Translations under genes and position numbers: made by a program
Shown here: one piece after another, positions 1-10,823 of the stretch
How the letters are laid out: every line of letters begins with the position of its first letter
Position numbering within the stretch: the stretch's first letter is position 1
The notes under the pieces: generated by a model
What the model saw: the letters and a program-made list of their open reading frames with translations, nothing else
The model's database searches: none
Told to the model about the DNA's origin: nothing
Origin: Auanema rhodensis
Taxonomy: Eukaryota > Animalia > Nematoda
DNA length: 64,000 nucleotides
Reading direction: 5' to 3'
NCBI GenBank assembly: GCA_964057225.1
Contig: OZ059900.1
Span: forward strand, 6,014,001-6,078,000

Positions 1-1003
1 AACTTCTATCAAGTTTTTTCTGAAATTCTCTGAAGTTGATATCGTATTTTAGAATTGAGTTTTCAGAGATATTTCGAGGTTCAAGTAAGGATAGAGATTT
101 ATAGAGAGAGAGATTTTGTTTTTATAAATTTCTTGGGGAGGATTTGAACCAATGAAAGTTTTCAACTAACCTGGAACACATCAACTACACTAAGATGTTA
201 TATTCTTCAATCCATTAATATCAGATATATTTCTATTCAAAAATCCAATAATACATGAGCAAACTATGAAGTAAACTGACAAACGTTCAGAAAATTTTTC
301 AGTTTATTTTCAAAATGGCTTGTTTTTGTATTCAAACATTTCAAATTTAATCATGTAATGAAGAGAAAAAATAATATCCAAACTTTCAAATTTTATTTTG
401 AAAGTATACACTGTATGGGTCTGAAGTCATCGATTTCAAAGTCTGTTCCCACCAAACTCACTGAAACAAATGAACTACACAAATATGTTATGCACACTGT
501 GTCCCATAAAGTAAATATGAAGTAAACAATGAACAATTATATTTTAGTTTCTTTTCGTCATAAATATTACAATAATTTTAGAATTTATTTTTGTCATTCA
601 ATTTTGATTATTTAGCCTTTTATCAGACGAAAAAGTGAAAAACAGTCGTACTTCTTGGAATTTATAATGATGTTCATATCTTTCATATTCTTGAATCAGA
701 TCAGTTTGTTTTTGAGAAATAATTCAAAAAATAACAGAACATTTATCTTCAAAAATTGTAAATGGGATATACACAAAAAGAAAACATAGGAAAGACATAA
801 ACTACAAATCAGATAAATGTATCGTAAATTGGCAGACGCAAAAATACAGTTGGAAAAAAAATGGCACCATACAATAACTTTCTAATATCTTTTTCTGTAG
901 ATACATAGTAATCAATATAACATTTTACAGCTATCAACTAATCGATTTGGCTTTCTAATAATTTGTTCAATTAAGAATAAGTTTAAAAAGAGGAGGTAGT
1001 TTA
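1..1003. repeat. Direct repeat copy A (about 1 kb, runs off the window start); pairs with 5127-6149
   Basis: AACTTCTATCAAG at 1 matches 5127. The copies are colinear until GGAGGTAGTTTA at 1003/6149. Confidence 0.97.
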
Positions 1004-1232
1004 TTTTGACACATACCGTTTGAGATAAAAGTGTTTCTTTCGTTATTTTCTCAAGAAAAGAATGTACTGTGGAATATTCTGGTTGGAATTTCAATAACTA
1101 TTGTAATAGAAAAACTTTACAAAAACTTAAAACATGAAAATATAAAAATCTTACAGTATTCATTGAAAACAAGTTTAAGTTAGTAAACTCATTTACATTG
1201 TTCATACGAATTTATCTTTAAGTGATAGTTTT

Positions 1233-1382
1233 TTAAGTCCTAGCTAGTTTGTGTAGAGTGTAAGCATCTTGTTCATTCAGGAACTCTTTGGCCTCTTTGA
1301 TAGGCTTCTTTGTTATTCTTGATAACGCAATGATACTACAAAATCCTGTTTTAGGAGAATAATAAGCTTTTTCTAAAAGATC
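1233..1382 (-). pseudogene. N-terminal fragment of a Maverick/Polinton retroviral-like (c-)integrase
   Basis: The -1 frame relative to the zinc-ribbon ORF reads DLLEKAYYSPKTGFCSIIALSRITKKPIKEAKEFLNEQDAYTLHKLART*. This fits the Maverick integrase N-terminal signature L..+YY.P...F....L......+..+L..Q.AYTLHK..R. No DDE core is recognisable after the stop. Confidence 0.75.
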
Positions 1383-1615
1383 TCTTTCAGATGCACTTGT
1401 GGATTGTCTAAGAATTTTAGATTTTTCACTAATACAACCTCCTCGATATCTTCTAATCCAGAACCTCCTGTGATTGTTGGAATAAGCTTACACTTCATTG
1501 TATTACAATCTTGGCATAACCCTTTTATTATAGAACGTTTCGAGCTTGTTTCAACATTAAATAAGTCAGTAGTATCAGTATATGTTTCACATTTGAAACA
1601 GTATACTAATTCCAT
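1373..1615 (-). CDS. Small zinc-ribbon protein, DUF5679-like (Maverick/Polinton-associated type)
   Basis: 80-aa ORF MELVYCFKCETYTDT...TSSKRSIIKGLCQDCNTMKCKLI then a Gly linker. Two CxxC pairs in the YCxKC...R..+KG.C..C...K pattern. TTCTAG acceptor-like site lies 3 nt before the ATG. Confidence 0.65.
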   Translation of the reverse strand: MELVYCFKCETYTDTTDLFNVETSSKRSIIKGLCQDCNTMKCKLIPTITGGSGLEDIEEVVLVKNLKFLDNPQVHLKEIF

Positions 1616-2118
1616 AATCTAGAAGTTAAAATTTAAAATTTTTTTTTAATCTTATTTGATTTTGTGAAATAGGGGACGTTGTGTGAAAATGGATGTCTTC
1701 ACTAGAAAATGAATTCACTTCCATCTAGCCATGACCCGCAAACATAGCTACCTCACCTGAATAATTGACTTTCTACACTTGACATCAATGAAATAAGATA
1801 TTTGTTTCGGGCGAGACGCAAACACTTTGTGCTAGAGTGGAAGGGGATAAGAGTGACGCGTGAGCAAAGATGCAGAGAAGGAGAGAGACTGCCAACTCAA
1901 ATTCTTCTATTAACTTTTGTGAATAAAAGAGAGGCTTCAATTTTCTTCTATATAGTTCGCGTGTTCTTTCCAATTTTATTATATTTTGAAACAGCGTTTA
2001 ATTGTAGATGTTATGCTTTATATGTTTTAACAATTTTTTGTTATGGATTAGACTTGCTACGAGATTTTGATTTTTATATTGACGAATATTATTTAACGAT
2101 ATATTGTTTCAGAAAAAA

Positions 2119-3434
2119 ATGGCTAAAGTAGATTTGTCTCGGCTTTGGTATCAATTTCTAGACGCTGCAAAGTGTGGGACTGAAGAAGGAGGAAATCTTA
2201 TTTATAAAGTTGGTTTATGCAAGGTTGCCTTAAACCTGTCGAACAAATTAATTGAATGTGGGTATGATTTCGGAGACCAATATGATTTATGGAAGGAACA
2301 CTTTGACAAAGTTTTTTTTTTTTTGGAAGGCGATGATGATATGATTCAGAGTATGTACTTGCCTATGTTTTCTAAGTTAGAATAATTTTTACAGGAACTG
2401 TGCGTGAATACTTCTTGGGCCTGCATTCTGGAGAAATAACGGATTTCTCGATATACTTTGCATGTAATATAATGTTTATATTGATATAAATACTATTTGT
2501 TTTTAAATTTTTTAACAAACATTATTTTTCAATTTATCTTTTCTTAAGCTATAAAATTGTAATAAAATTCGTTTTTAGATAAAACCGAAGGGACATCAGT
2601 TGGCACTATATGTAACGTCATGGTTTCTGGAATCAGTCGGCGATTCTACATTAAATGCCACCAGAGAAACCCACGTTCTACATCAGTATCGATTGCAAAT
2701 CGACACAACAGCGCAAATGGCCCATTCGTTCAAGAAATTTTTGTATACCAGGTATTCTATTGAAATAATTGAACAAAATTAACATTTTATTTTATTATAT
2801 TATAATATTTGTTTTAATTTATATTTTTAGTTGCTGTCGTTGATCAAAGTCGGCGGTGAAGTTCATTTTCCCCTCCCAATAACCTTCAAAGCCAAGAACG
2901 CTTTATACATTGCAACGGAAGAGATCAACTTCACAATTGCAGAAGAACTGACGGCTGAAACCCTTAATTTCAACGTCATAATTCTGGTGAACTTTCTTGA
3001 ATACTTCCTGCGTTTGGAAGACATCGGTAGAAACGAAAGAAATTACGGACAAAGTGATGAAGGAGAAGCAGTTATTGTAGATTTTTGGTAATTTTTGTTT
3101 TGTTTTAAGTTCTAAATGGAACCTGTTTTATTCCAGGATTACTCTGAAGGACAATTACGAGCTTTCCGATAGCCAAATTTCTGAATTTTGGAGTGAGCTG
3201 TATGAAACTAAATCTGAACAGATCCCTCATGTTTTGAAGATAGTAACCAAAGAGGAAAGAAAGGAAATAATTTATGGAGCGATTGAGAAATGGAATTTAA
3301 TGAATGCAATTGAACAAGCCAAATCAATTGTAGAGGAATTTCTTTTTAAAAATAGAGAAAGATTAGAAACCAGTGGTGATCTCAGTCGATACGTTCGCGA
3401 TGTTAAATCCAATGTAGAGAAATTGCTTAAGTAA
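2119..3434 (+). CDS. Atypical (PI3K/PI4K/HipA-like fold) kinase-like protein, 342 aa, 5 exons; possible Maverick cargo kinase
   Basis: Exons 2119-2350, 2395-2463, 2579-2751, 2831-3087 and 3137-3434 join through GT-AG introns into one 1029-nt frame. Motifs in kinase order: KTEGTSVG, FYIKCH, QEIFVYQLL, LYIATE, LEDIGRNERNYG, IVDF. TTTCAG lies just upstream of the ATG. Confidence 0.8.
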
Positions 3435-3572
3435 TTTGTTTGTATATCGTTTGTTTGTATAAATGTTACTTATTTGATTAGTTTGTTTGTTTTGTTTTGA
3501 CGTATTTTATCTTGTTATTCCAATTAATGGGGAACCAGTAATTATTCCTTTTGAAAAAACTTGGATCCGTGA

Positions 3573-3779
3573 CAGATCCGCTAAAATATTTCTGAAAAAC
3601 TCAACAGTTAAGGAGATATAGCGTTTCAAAGTCAAGGTTTTGACTTTATATCTCCTCTTTAGGAGGCTATAACTTCTATACTAGACCAGATAGGATATTA
3701 AGATTTGGTGAGATGAAAGAGTTCATCTTCCACAATTTGCCCATTCAATCATAAATGAAAAATATTAATTTTTAACTGA
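3573..3779. repeat. 207-bp direct repeat, copy 1 (copy 2 at 4649-4855)
   Basis: CAGATCCGCTAAAATATTTCTG...AACTGA occurs twice with only a few substitutions. Confidence 0.95.
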
Positions 3780-3783
3780 TTTT

Positions 3784-4368
3784 AATTTTAGTTATCAGAA
3801 TCGTTTTCTACGTGTCTGTTTTACTTGGTCAACTTAGTTTCAAATCATTTTGTTCGAATTTTCAATTTTCGATCAAATGGTCGAAATCCATGTACTACCC
3901 CCTTACCTACTTTTTCATCAAAGTTGACCATCATCACATGAAATTTTAAGATTTTCACAAGTTTTTTGTTGATTTCCAATTTGAAACAACTTCTAACTTG
4001 AGAGATTTGTAATGAAAGCAGTTCTCCACGAGAATCGGAATAATCACAAGTTTTAGGTTAACAAGATTTGTTGAGCATCTGAATGATTGTTAGATGAGAC
4101 AATCATTTCTTGAACTTTCAAAGTATATTCATTAATTCTTTTCTAATATCTTTAATTCTTATTTTTATAAAATATAATTAAAGAAAAAAACTTAAGAAAA
4201 TCTTAAAATTTCATGTGATGATGGTCAACTTTGATGAAAAAGTAGGTAAGGGGGTAGTACATGGATTTGGACCATTTGATCGAAAATTGAAAATTCGAAC
4301 AAAATGATTTGAAACTAAGTTGACCAAGTAAAACAGACACGTAGAAAACGATTCTGCTAACTAAAATT
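3784..4368. mobile_element. Foldback/MITE-like inverted repeat: arms 3784-3956 and 4196-4368 (173 bp), 239-bp spacer
   Basis: The arms are near-perfect reverse complements, e.g. CATGTACTACCCCCTTACCTACTTTTTCATC and GATGAAAAAGTAGGTAAGGGGGTAGTACATG. No coding capacity. Element class not assignable. Confidence 0.8.
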
Positions 4369-4648
4369 TCCTCAAATGCCGTCTGAAGGTAGATATGGCC
4401 TTCTGAATGGAAAACATCAAAACATAAAAAGTCTCATAACTCCTTTCAAAGTGAGAATGGAGTTATTTGCTTGTTATATTTGAAATCAGCATTTTAAGCT
4501 CTACCAGAAACTTCTCTCAATTTTTAAAAAACTCGAAATTTTTATTTCTCAAACCGGAAATTGGCCGAATTTTCTATTTTCCAAAATTTCAAACTACTCC
4601 AATCTTCAATGTAGGTAGCTTTTCTAAGAGATCTTTTCACGTAGAGTT

Positions 4649-4855
4649 CAGATCCGCTAAAATATTTCTGAAAAACTCAACAGTTAAGGAGATATAGCGT
4701 TTCAAAGTCAAGGTTTTGACTTTATATCTCCTCTTTAGGAGGCTATAACTTCTATACTAGACCAGATAGGATATTAAAATTTGGTGAGATGAAAGAATTC
4801 ATCTTCCACAATTTGCCCATTCAATCAAAAATGAAAAATATTAATTTCTAACTGA
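4649..4855. repeat. 207-bp direct repeat, copy 2
   Basis: Matches 3573-3779. Confidence 0.95.
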
Positions 4856-5126
4856 GCTACGAAGCGGAAAACTTCGAAAAAGAAGATTTTTTACAGTCCA
4901 AATCCATTCGACCGTTTTTTGGATTCTCGATTAGATATTGATTTTCTTAAAAAACAGAGAAAGGTATTGAACTCCGTTACCTAACCTGTAATCCATGCAG
5001 TACACCTTTAGGCCATCCTGCTCATAGTAGTGTATATCATTTCCTGTAGATGAATAGGGAATAATGTTTGTTGTAAACTTAAAAAGTTGAATATTTCAGA
5101 AAGTTTTTGAGAATTTCTTTTTAGTA

Positions 5127-6149
5127 AACTTCTATCAAGTTTTTGCTGAAATTTTCTGAAGTTGATATCGTATCTTAGAATTGAGTTTTCAGAGATATTT
5201 CAAGATTCAAGTAAGGATAGAGATTTATAGAGAGGAAGAGAGAGAGAGAGAGAGAGATTTTTTGTTTTTATAAATTTCTTGGGGAGGATTTGAACCAATG
5301 AAAGTTTTCAACTAACCTGGAACTCATCAACTACACCAAGATGTTATATTCTTCAATCTATTAATATCAGATATATTTTCAAAAATTCAATAATACATGA
5401 GCAAACTATGAAACAAACTGACAAATGTTTAGAAAAGTTGTCAGTTTATTTTCAAAATGGCTTGTTTTTGTATTCAAACATTTCAAATTTAATCATGTAA
5501 TGAAGAAAAAAAATATTATCCAAACTTTCAAATATTATTTAATTTCAAAGTATACACTGTATGAGTCTGAAGTCATCGATTTCAAAGTCTGTTCCCACCA
5601 AACTCACTGAAACAAATGAACTACACAAATATGTTATGCACACTGTGTCCCATAAAGTAAATATGAAGTAAACAATGAACAATTATATTTTAGTTTCTTT
5701 TCGTCATAAATATTACAATAATTTTAGAATTTATTTTTGTCATTGAATTTTGATTATTTAGCCTTTTATCAGACGAAAAAGTGAAAAACAGTCGTACTTC
5801 TTGGAATTTATAATGATGTTCATATCTTTCATATTCTTGAATGAGATCAGTTTGTTTTTGAGAAATAATTCAAAAAATAACAGAACATTTATCTTCAAAA
5901 ATTGTAAATGGGATATACACAAAAAGAAAACATAGGAAAGACATAAACTACAAATCAGATAAATGTATCGTAAATTGGCAGACGCAAAAATACAGTTGGA
6001 AAAAAAATGGCACCATACAATAACTTTCTAATATCTTTTTCTGTAGATACATAGTAATCAATATAACATTTTACAGCTATCAACTAATCGATTTGGCTTT
6101 CTAATAATTTGTTCAATTAAGAATAAGTTTAAAAAGAGGAGGTAGTTTA
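5127..6149. repeat. Direct repeat copy B of 1-1003; ends about 200 bp from the atg-11 stop codon
   Basis: Direct alignment by eye. The (GA)n tract is longer in this copy. Confidence 0.97.
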
Positions 6150-6353
6150 GAAACGAATCATCTTCAATGACAGTCATTATTGACACTAAAATCAGGCAAG
6201 AATTGTTGCAAACACTAGATAAGGAACTGATGTGATATGAAATTTAAAATATAATAATAGTTAACATACACTTCTAGAACATACATATAGTATTTGCATT
6301 TGTCATAAATATGAGAAATATAGTATTAATAACATTTACATCAAACTATTGCA

Positions 6354-9300
6354 TCATGTGTCCACTCTTGCAGTGGATTGACCTCTGACATCCAATAAAA
6401 CAGAAGAAACATCTACGCGATATACCCGAGTATCGAGAGCAAGATTATACCTTGAGTATTATAAAAACAACGTAAATAATATCAAAATCATTGAACTAAC
6501 CTATTATTCACTTTCTTGATAACACACAAATCAAGGCTATTGACACGTCCAAGGAACCATGTTCTAACTGGACCATTCGGTGACATAAGATTCATACGTC
6601 GTAAACTGGACTCTTTCACAAAATGAAGATAGGGTGATGAGCTGAACAAGAGGAAAGCTTGATAGCGCTCATCATAAACAATAAGAACAGTAGCTCCTTC
6701 CGAAATATCATGCAAAGATATCATCATTTCCATAGAACGAAAGTCTTCAAAGAGTAAAGTAAGTACGTTACTTATATATATATTTATATTAAAACTCACT
6801 TAGTTTTGTCTGTGTTGTTTTATCTCCATTGTCTAAAGCTTCATTAGAACAGGTAATTTTACTAAAATGAACTAAAATGAGAAGACCTTAAAAGTAGTAA
6901 CAATACCTTTGTTGCATGAAATCGGAATCCCTTTTTTCATACATTACAGATTTACCCATGACACTTTCAGAATTACCAAGAAACAGCACTAAAAATAAAA
7001 ATATATGTAAATTTGAATGAGCATCAACTTTACTAGAAGTGCTGATTGATGCTTCACGTGTCAGTTTTGCTCGAGAATCAGTGATATTTTGGAGTTGCTG
7101 ATTTTCTTCTTGATTATTCATTGTTGAAGTAAACATATTCAACTCGAGCGTTTTTGCTTCCAACAACTTTTTCAATTCAGCAATTTCTTCGCTTTGTTTC
7201 TAGAAACAAAAATTTAGTTCACATTCATCACTTTTTAAGCATCATACAGCAATGATGTTTTTTAACTCAGCTGTATTAGCAACAACATCAGCATTTCCGT
7301 TCTCATCCTCTGGCTCAATGATTTTTTTCTGAAAAGGGAGAAAATAAGCCATGACTTTGGATTATATATCTCGGAGTACCTTGGTTTCATTTCTTTCTTG
7401 TTGAACGCGATAGTTTTTTGAAATCTCCACGATACTTTCAATGTCCGAAAGTATGGTAGATGTATTATTTTTAAAATCTGTTTTCAAATCATTTAGTTCC
7501 TTTGTGAGATCATTAACTTCTATTTTGAAATTAGATAGTGTTTCCCTCGGGATATTGGAGAAATAAAGAGAGCTTTGACTTTCCTGATTCTGAAATGAGA
7601 TATAAAATAAGACCAAATATCTTATCAGACCTTGAAAACTGGATTGAATCCTACAGAGCATTTCGGATCAGATAAAGACAAACGATTTGCAAAATGAGAA
7701 CAGACAGATGATACATCAAAGGTTTCCTAGAAAATCCAAAACAATTTTAATATACGCTGAAATCTTCATACCCTGCTCGAAGCTTTAGAAGTTGTTGGAG
7801 TATCAGGAACTGTTTGCAAAGCTCGATCGTTAAGACATTCGATTCTGAAAATCAAAACGATAAAACTTGAGAGAAAATCGGAAAACTTACTGTTGAATAA
7901 CTTTTTGAACTGTTTCTGTTACTTCAACATTCACTTGCCCTTTGATTGATTCGCAATCTTCACTCAATATTTCCAGATAATTTTCATCCAATGGCGGCAT
8001 TTCGGTATCAAATTGAGCAACATTGTTTTGATAAAACTCGGGAAAGGAATCAGTTAGACCTTCAAACTATTCATATTTTTTTAATTGAATACAAAATACC
8101 TCTAAACAAAACTCTAAGAAAATGATTATTCATTGTTTTAGCAAAATCATCTCGTCGCTGTTTCTCTTCTTCAAAGAGCTTATCACAGAGCTTGATATAC
8201 GATGTTTGCCATTCAACAAAATGCCGTCGTAGCACGTTTCGACGAACAATTTCAGTAACTCCAGAAACAAAGATATTCGGCACTGCCTGAAGTCGGGAAA
8301 CTAGATATGTAATAACGTAGAACTGGAGTATACTTCTATTTTATCAATTAAATCCATTCGTTTGTCTAATCCTTCATATCTCTCATTGAATAATGTCATT
8401 TCATTGTTGGCTCGATTCAATCGATCATATGCCTTAACAAACGCCTTGATACAGATATTAAGAATGAAACATACTGTTATAATCCATCCATGTATGCGTG
8501 CATTAATATTGGCTATTAACTCTTCTTTTGATTTTCTGAATGTTATACAATATTCTTTTAATTTTCGCAAATCTTGGAAAATAGAGTCAGTTGTTCTCAT
8601 GTAGTCGTCCACTTTAGCCTGAATAGAAAACTCAGATACTGTATAGAATAATAATACATACATGAATCATATTCGTATCGCTGATTGGAGGCGCAGGCGA
8701 TGTCATATATTGTATATTTTGCTTTATTCTATCCAATATTTCTAAATCATCAAACTTTTTATTATGAAAGATTTATTGATCAGGGTACCTGATGCTTTAA
8801 CTTGGTTTTGTTTTAAGTTTTGCATACGCCTGGTGATTCCACAGATGTCACGTAAATCTCGATTTTTTGTTTGATCATCAACAAAATTAATTTTATCCAG
8901 TACCGGCTTGTCACCCGAATCTTTCATCTGAAACTTTGATAATGAAAAACAAAAGCTTAATGGAACTAAACATACAGTGCCATACTGATCCAATAACTGC
9001 TGAATTAAATCTTCCAAACAATTATTTGGGTCTGACATATCAAGCCAATCATAGAGGCTTAATGATTTTAAGCCAGCTGTAGTACGCATTCCTTTAGAAT
9101 GAGCAAGAAGTTTAGCCGGCAATATAATCTAAGCTACGAATTTGTGAAAATGAAAAAATTAGTATCATTACTTGTTTCAGAATATTCAAGCAATCAGAAT
9201 AACATTTTCCCAACCTATGAGCTTTGCTCAATTGAAGGTCTAACTGAAAAATTAAACAATCAATAAATAGAGTGATTTGAGTCCTACTGAATCATATTTT

Positions 9301-10158
9301 TTTTTGAAATTCCTATATTTCTTCTTCGTCAAGTTCAATGTATTCTCGATGTTACACATAATTGCTTGCCAACTCTTCAAAATTTAATAAATAGATACCT
9401 TGCTATCTTGAAAACAAAAATACCATTGTTAATAACGTATGATCGTTAACTAATTGATTACACCAATCATATATCAGAACTGCAGTTTTGCCGCAATGAT
9501 CAAGAGTAATATTTGGCAAATCCGTGAAGATCTCATTGATATTACCTGTATTTTTTATCCGCATCGTCTATCAAATATAATTAAGAACTACTAGTTCAGC
9601 ATATTAGTTACCTTTTCAATAGCAGCATCAACAGTGTCAGCAATTTCTTTCAAATCGCCCTTATACATCATTTCAGCGTTATTATCTCGACGTCTCTGCT
9701 CATAAATGAAAAATGGACTTTTATCTGCTCCTGAAGTTAAAAAATTTTTTATTTACATGATTATTATTAAGATAAAAGTCACCTCCATGATTAGCATAGT
9801 CTTGCAACTTTTTGTCAAATTCAACTAAAACTCCATCATTTAACATCCATATCTGTTAGAAATAAAGAGTTTGAAGTTTTTCAAAAATAAATTTACCTGA
9901 TCTTTAATAGCTATGCGAACTTCTCGCTCTATCTTTTCCTGCACACTTCCCAATGTTTGTAGAGTTCCCTAGAATAAGAGATCAATATTTTTGAATACTT
10001 GTTATTTTAGTTAATTTTAATGAAATTATGAATTTATAATATTTTTAAAAGAGTTTTTTCATACGCTTGTAATATCAGAAAACAACGATAACTCAACATA
10101 CTATTTCAAATGTGAGCAGATGGCCCTTATTCACATAAAACACTTTAATTTGCTCCAT
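6354..10158 (-). CDS. atg-11: ATG11/RB1CC1 (FIP200) autophagy scaffold, multi-exon
   Basis: N-terminus MEQIKVFYVNKGHLLTFEI/GTLQTLGSVQEKIEREVRIAIKDQ resembles the FIP200 ubiquitin-like start. Coiled-coil middle. C-terminal Claw domain ISLHDISEGATVLIVYDERY...YLHFVKESSL...WFLGRV...KKVNNRYNLALDTRVYRV. C. elegans synonym epg-7. Confidence 0.92.
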
Positions 10159-10823
10159 TTTATCACAGCTTTCATAAAGAACCTGAAAAAAAAAACTTAT
10201 AAAATAATGTATAAAACATGCATTATGAATATAAATAATAAGCAGATAATATAAATATAATATTATATATTATATATTATAATGTCGACAAGAAAATACA
10301 AATAACGATCTTATGACATTAAAGTCGTGATTGCGTACAAATCCAGCAACGCCGACATTTCTCACTGCACGCGCATGTACTTTGTGAAGTCAAGGTAATT
10401 GTACTTTGGATATTATTGAATAACTCTTAAAATAATATGAATAGCAAAATAACTGTTAATAATTATATTTATATTATTTCTTTTTTTAGTTATGATTAAA
10501 ATTATTTTTACAAAATGTTGATAACAAAATTCAATACAAAAAAAACATTTTTGATGTAGCATTGAGTAAGAAGTGGAACGGTTACATGGATGATATCTCA
10601 AATAAACATTTAATATACAGTACGCATAATTGCATTACAGCATGTTTCAATCGTCTATATTATTCAGTAGTTTATGAAATTTCCTATTATTCTTACTTGA
10701 ATATTCTATATAATAGTATTATAAAAGAGATAAATTACCAAAAATATTTATTAAAAACTAATAAATGCTATTTAGAAATATGATGCACAGTGTAAAACAT
10801 TAAAGCTATTATAATCATTTGAA

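Noticed and set aside
1373-1490. Programmed -1 frameshift or intron joining the zinc ribbon to the integrase
   Set aside because: No canonical X XXY YYZ slippery heptamer in frame, and the GT-AG pairs I tried do not restore the integrase frame. Mutational decay is simpler.
4860-5330. Possible spliced gene relic on the - strand (FTTNIIPYSSTGNDIHYYEQDGLKVYCMDY...)
   Set aside because: Stops and a microsatellite disrupt it, and there is no recognisable family, so it cannot be supported.
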